Source: a virus. From it: DNA of 18,360 nucleotides. The notes under the pieces were generated by a model that was not told the DNA's origin, did not search any database, and saw only the letters and a program-made list of their open reading frames with translations. Position 1 is the first letter of the stretch, and every line of letters starts with the position of its first letter. Location of the stretch: UHGV virus genome UHGV-0159119, one strand, 5' to 3'. This document shows positions 16,648 through 18,360 of the stretch, one piece after another. A program made the translations under genes and the position numbers.

Positions 16648-16731
16648 CCATTCCAAAGCTCACCTGCTGGTGGGCTTGATAATGGATATCCGCCTGAGCG
16701 GATAAATCAAAAATAACCCCTGCAACGGATA

Positions 16732-17118
16732 ATGACGGAGCAGCAGATGACAAAGGCCAAATGGCACAGACTTCCGGCATTCACCATTCCGCTGTTTCAA
16801 AGTGCGCACGTCTACCTTGCCATAACCAGAGAGCAGTATCAGAACGCGGATAAGTTCCTTGGCGGCAGTGGAGAGGAAAGGCCGTTTAACACTGGTCTGG
16901 CAAGTAACTATGAAAACACCGATACAGGAGAGCGAGTCTACCTAATTGGGGTATTCGACCAGCAGATTTCTACGCTTGTTCACGAGTGCGCTCACGTCAG
17001 CTTTTACGTTTGCTCTGATGTAGGCGTGACAACTAAGCCAGAGGATGCCAATGAAACTTACTGTTACCTTCTGGACAGAATGTTTAGCGCATTCCTGCCA
17101 CATATCAAACAGGATTAA
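16732..17118 (+). CDS. Hypothetical protein with an HExxH zincin-like motif (start at ATG 16732 or, more likely, ATG 16747)
   Basis: LVHECAHVSF is a candidate metallopeptidase motif, with downstream Glu and Asp residues. GGAG lies 7 nt before ATG 16747. Confidence 0.6.
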   Translation: MTEQQMTKAKWHRLPAFTIPLFQSAHVYLAITREQYQNADKFLGGSGEERPFNTGLASNYENTDTGERVYLIGVFDQQISTLVHECAHVSFYVCSDVGVTTKPEDANETYCYLLDRMFSAFLPHIKQD

Positions 17119-17121
17119 CCC

Positions 17122-17772
17122 ATGGCAAAACCGGACTGGGAGGCTATCGAATCGGCTTACCGGGCTGGAGTGCTATCGGTAAGGGAGTTAGCCGGAAAAT
17201 ATGGCATCTCTCACCAGGCCATCAGCAAGAGAGCCAAAAAGGATGGATGGGAGCGAGATCTAAAAGCCAAAGTCCAGGCAAAGGCAGATGCGCTGGTTGC
17301 CAAACGTGAGGTTGCCAGGCAGGTTGCCACCGAAAGCACTATTTCAGAGCGGCAACTAATCGAGGCGACCGCTGAGGTGATTGCCACGGTACGCATGGAG
17401 CACCGGGGAGACATCCGCAGGGCTCGTGAACTGACAAACATGCTATTCGATGAGCTGGCCGGGGAGTGTGGCGATGTGGCCGCTCTTGAGATGCTCGGCG
17501 ACCTGATGCGCCGTGAGGATGACAAAGGGCAGGATAAACTCAACGATCTGTACCACAAAATAATCAGCCTGCCTTCCCGCGTTAAATCCATGAAAGACCT
17601 GAGCGACAGCCTGAAGACGCTGATCGGCCTCGAACGTGAGGCGTACAGCATCGAGAATAAAGCTGAAACGAAAGAGGTTACGCATAACGTCATGCTGGTG
17701 CCAACCAGTGACAGCGTGGACGACTGGGAAGCGGCAGCGCAGAAACAACAGGGCGGGGTGCTCGGTGGATGA
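17122..17772 (+). CDS. Terminase small subunit (HTH-containing)
   Basis: 216 aa with N-terminal HTH-like VRELAGKYGISHQAISKRAKKDGW. ATGA-coupled to the downstream large subunit. Confidence 0.7.
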   Translation: MAKPDWEAIESAYRAGVLSVRELAGKYGISHQAISKRAKKDGWERDLKAKVQAKADALVAKREVARQVATESTISERQLIEATAEVIATVRMEHRGDIRRARELTNMLFDELAGECGDVAALEMLGDLMRREDDKGQDKLNDLYHKIISLPSRVKSMKDLSDSLKTLIGLEREAYSIENKAETKEVTHNVMLVPTSDSVDDWEAAAQKQQGGVLGG

Positions 17773-18360
17773 ATTACAAAGCTGTATGGAAGCCACTGCC
17801 TGGATCTCAGTCTCTGGCGCTGAGCTGCCCGTGTAACGAAATCCTGTTCGAGGGTACTCGTGGTCCGGGCAAGACCGCTGCGCAGTTAGCCAGGTTCCGG
17901 CGCAATGTCGGCGTGGGCTATGGTTCGTTCTGGCGCGGCGTCATCTTCGACACCGAATATAAGAACCTTGCCGACATCATCACTCAGTCGAAGCGTATGT
18001 TTCGCCTGTTCAACGACGGTGCGCGCTATCTGTCATCTGCGAGCGAATTGCGATGGGTATGGCCAACAGGCGAGGAACTGCTCTTCCGATTTGGCAAAGA
18101 GGCGGACGACTACTGGGATTTCCACGGGCAGGAATTCCCGTTCATTGGCTTTAACGAACTGACTAAACAGCAGTCCCCGGAATTCTACGAAATGATGTTC
18201 TCCTGCCGACGTTCATCGTTCAGGCCGGAAAACTACCCGCTGGAGAATGGCAAGTTACTGAGGCCGATCCCGCTGGAGACGTTCAGCACAACCAACCCGT
18301 TTGGTATCGGGCACACCTGGGTGAAGAAACGCTTCATTGAGCCAGCGCCACGCGGAACCG
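17769..18360 (+). CDS. Terminase large subunit, N-terminal part; continues past the window end
   Basis: Frame from ATG 17769 is open to the window edge with Walker A GTRGPGKT. Not in the ORF track because no stop is reached. Not the lambda A type. Confidence 0.8.
   Translation, partial: MNYKAVWKPLPGSQSLALSCPCNEILFEGTRGPGKTAAQLARFRRNVGVGYGSFWRGVIFDTEYKNLADIITQSKRMFRLFNDGARYLSSASELRWVWPTGEELLFRFGKEADDYWDFHGQEFPFIGFNELTKQQSPEFYEMMFSCRRSSFRPENYPLENGKLLRPIPLETFSTTNPFGIGHTWVKKRFIEPAPRGT

Noticed and set aside
17211-17796. Minus-strand ORFs (160 and 117 aa) opposite the terminase small-subunit gene
   Set aside because: Antisense to a well-supported plus-strand gene that is coupled to the large subunit; the translations are serine/arginine-rich and look like frame artefacts.

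Overview
This window reads as the central part of a mosaic lambdoid prophage (lambda-like and P22-like modules), judged from the ORF translations and from motifs read directly in the sequence. Minus strand, right to left: pL with its operator, nutL, a P22-type N antiterminator, accessory early-left genes, cIII, kil, a single-strand annealing recombinase, SSB and Ea22-like genes. Centre: a compact cI/cro immunity region with no rex-like genes, then cII, an oop-like antisense RNA, an O-like initiator with internal origin iterons, and a DnaB-family helicase. Right: a tR2-like terminator, a translationally coupled nin region carrying a Dam-type methyltransferase and an Rha/KilAC antirepressor, then Q, pR'/6S/tR', S-R-Rz/Rz1, a strong terminator, a two-gene cargo module, and terminase small and large (truncated) subunits. 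I found no CRISPR array, tRNA or rRNA. The best candidates for something undescribed are the two-gene module between the lysis terminator and the terminase (one product carries an HExxH motif), the uncharacterised early-left genes including two overlapping ORFs in the gam/abc slot, and an SSB whose conserved C-terminal tip is buried by a 15-residue extension. All homology statements come from recall of protein families, not from a database search.
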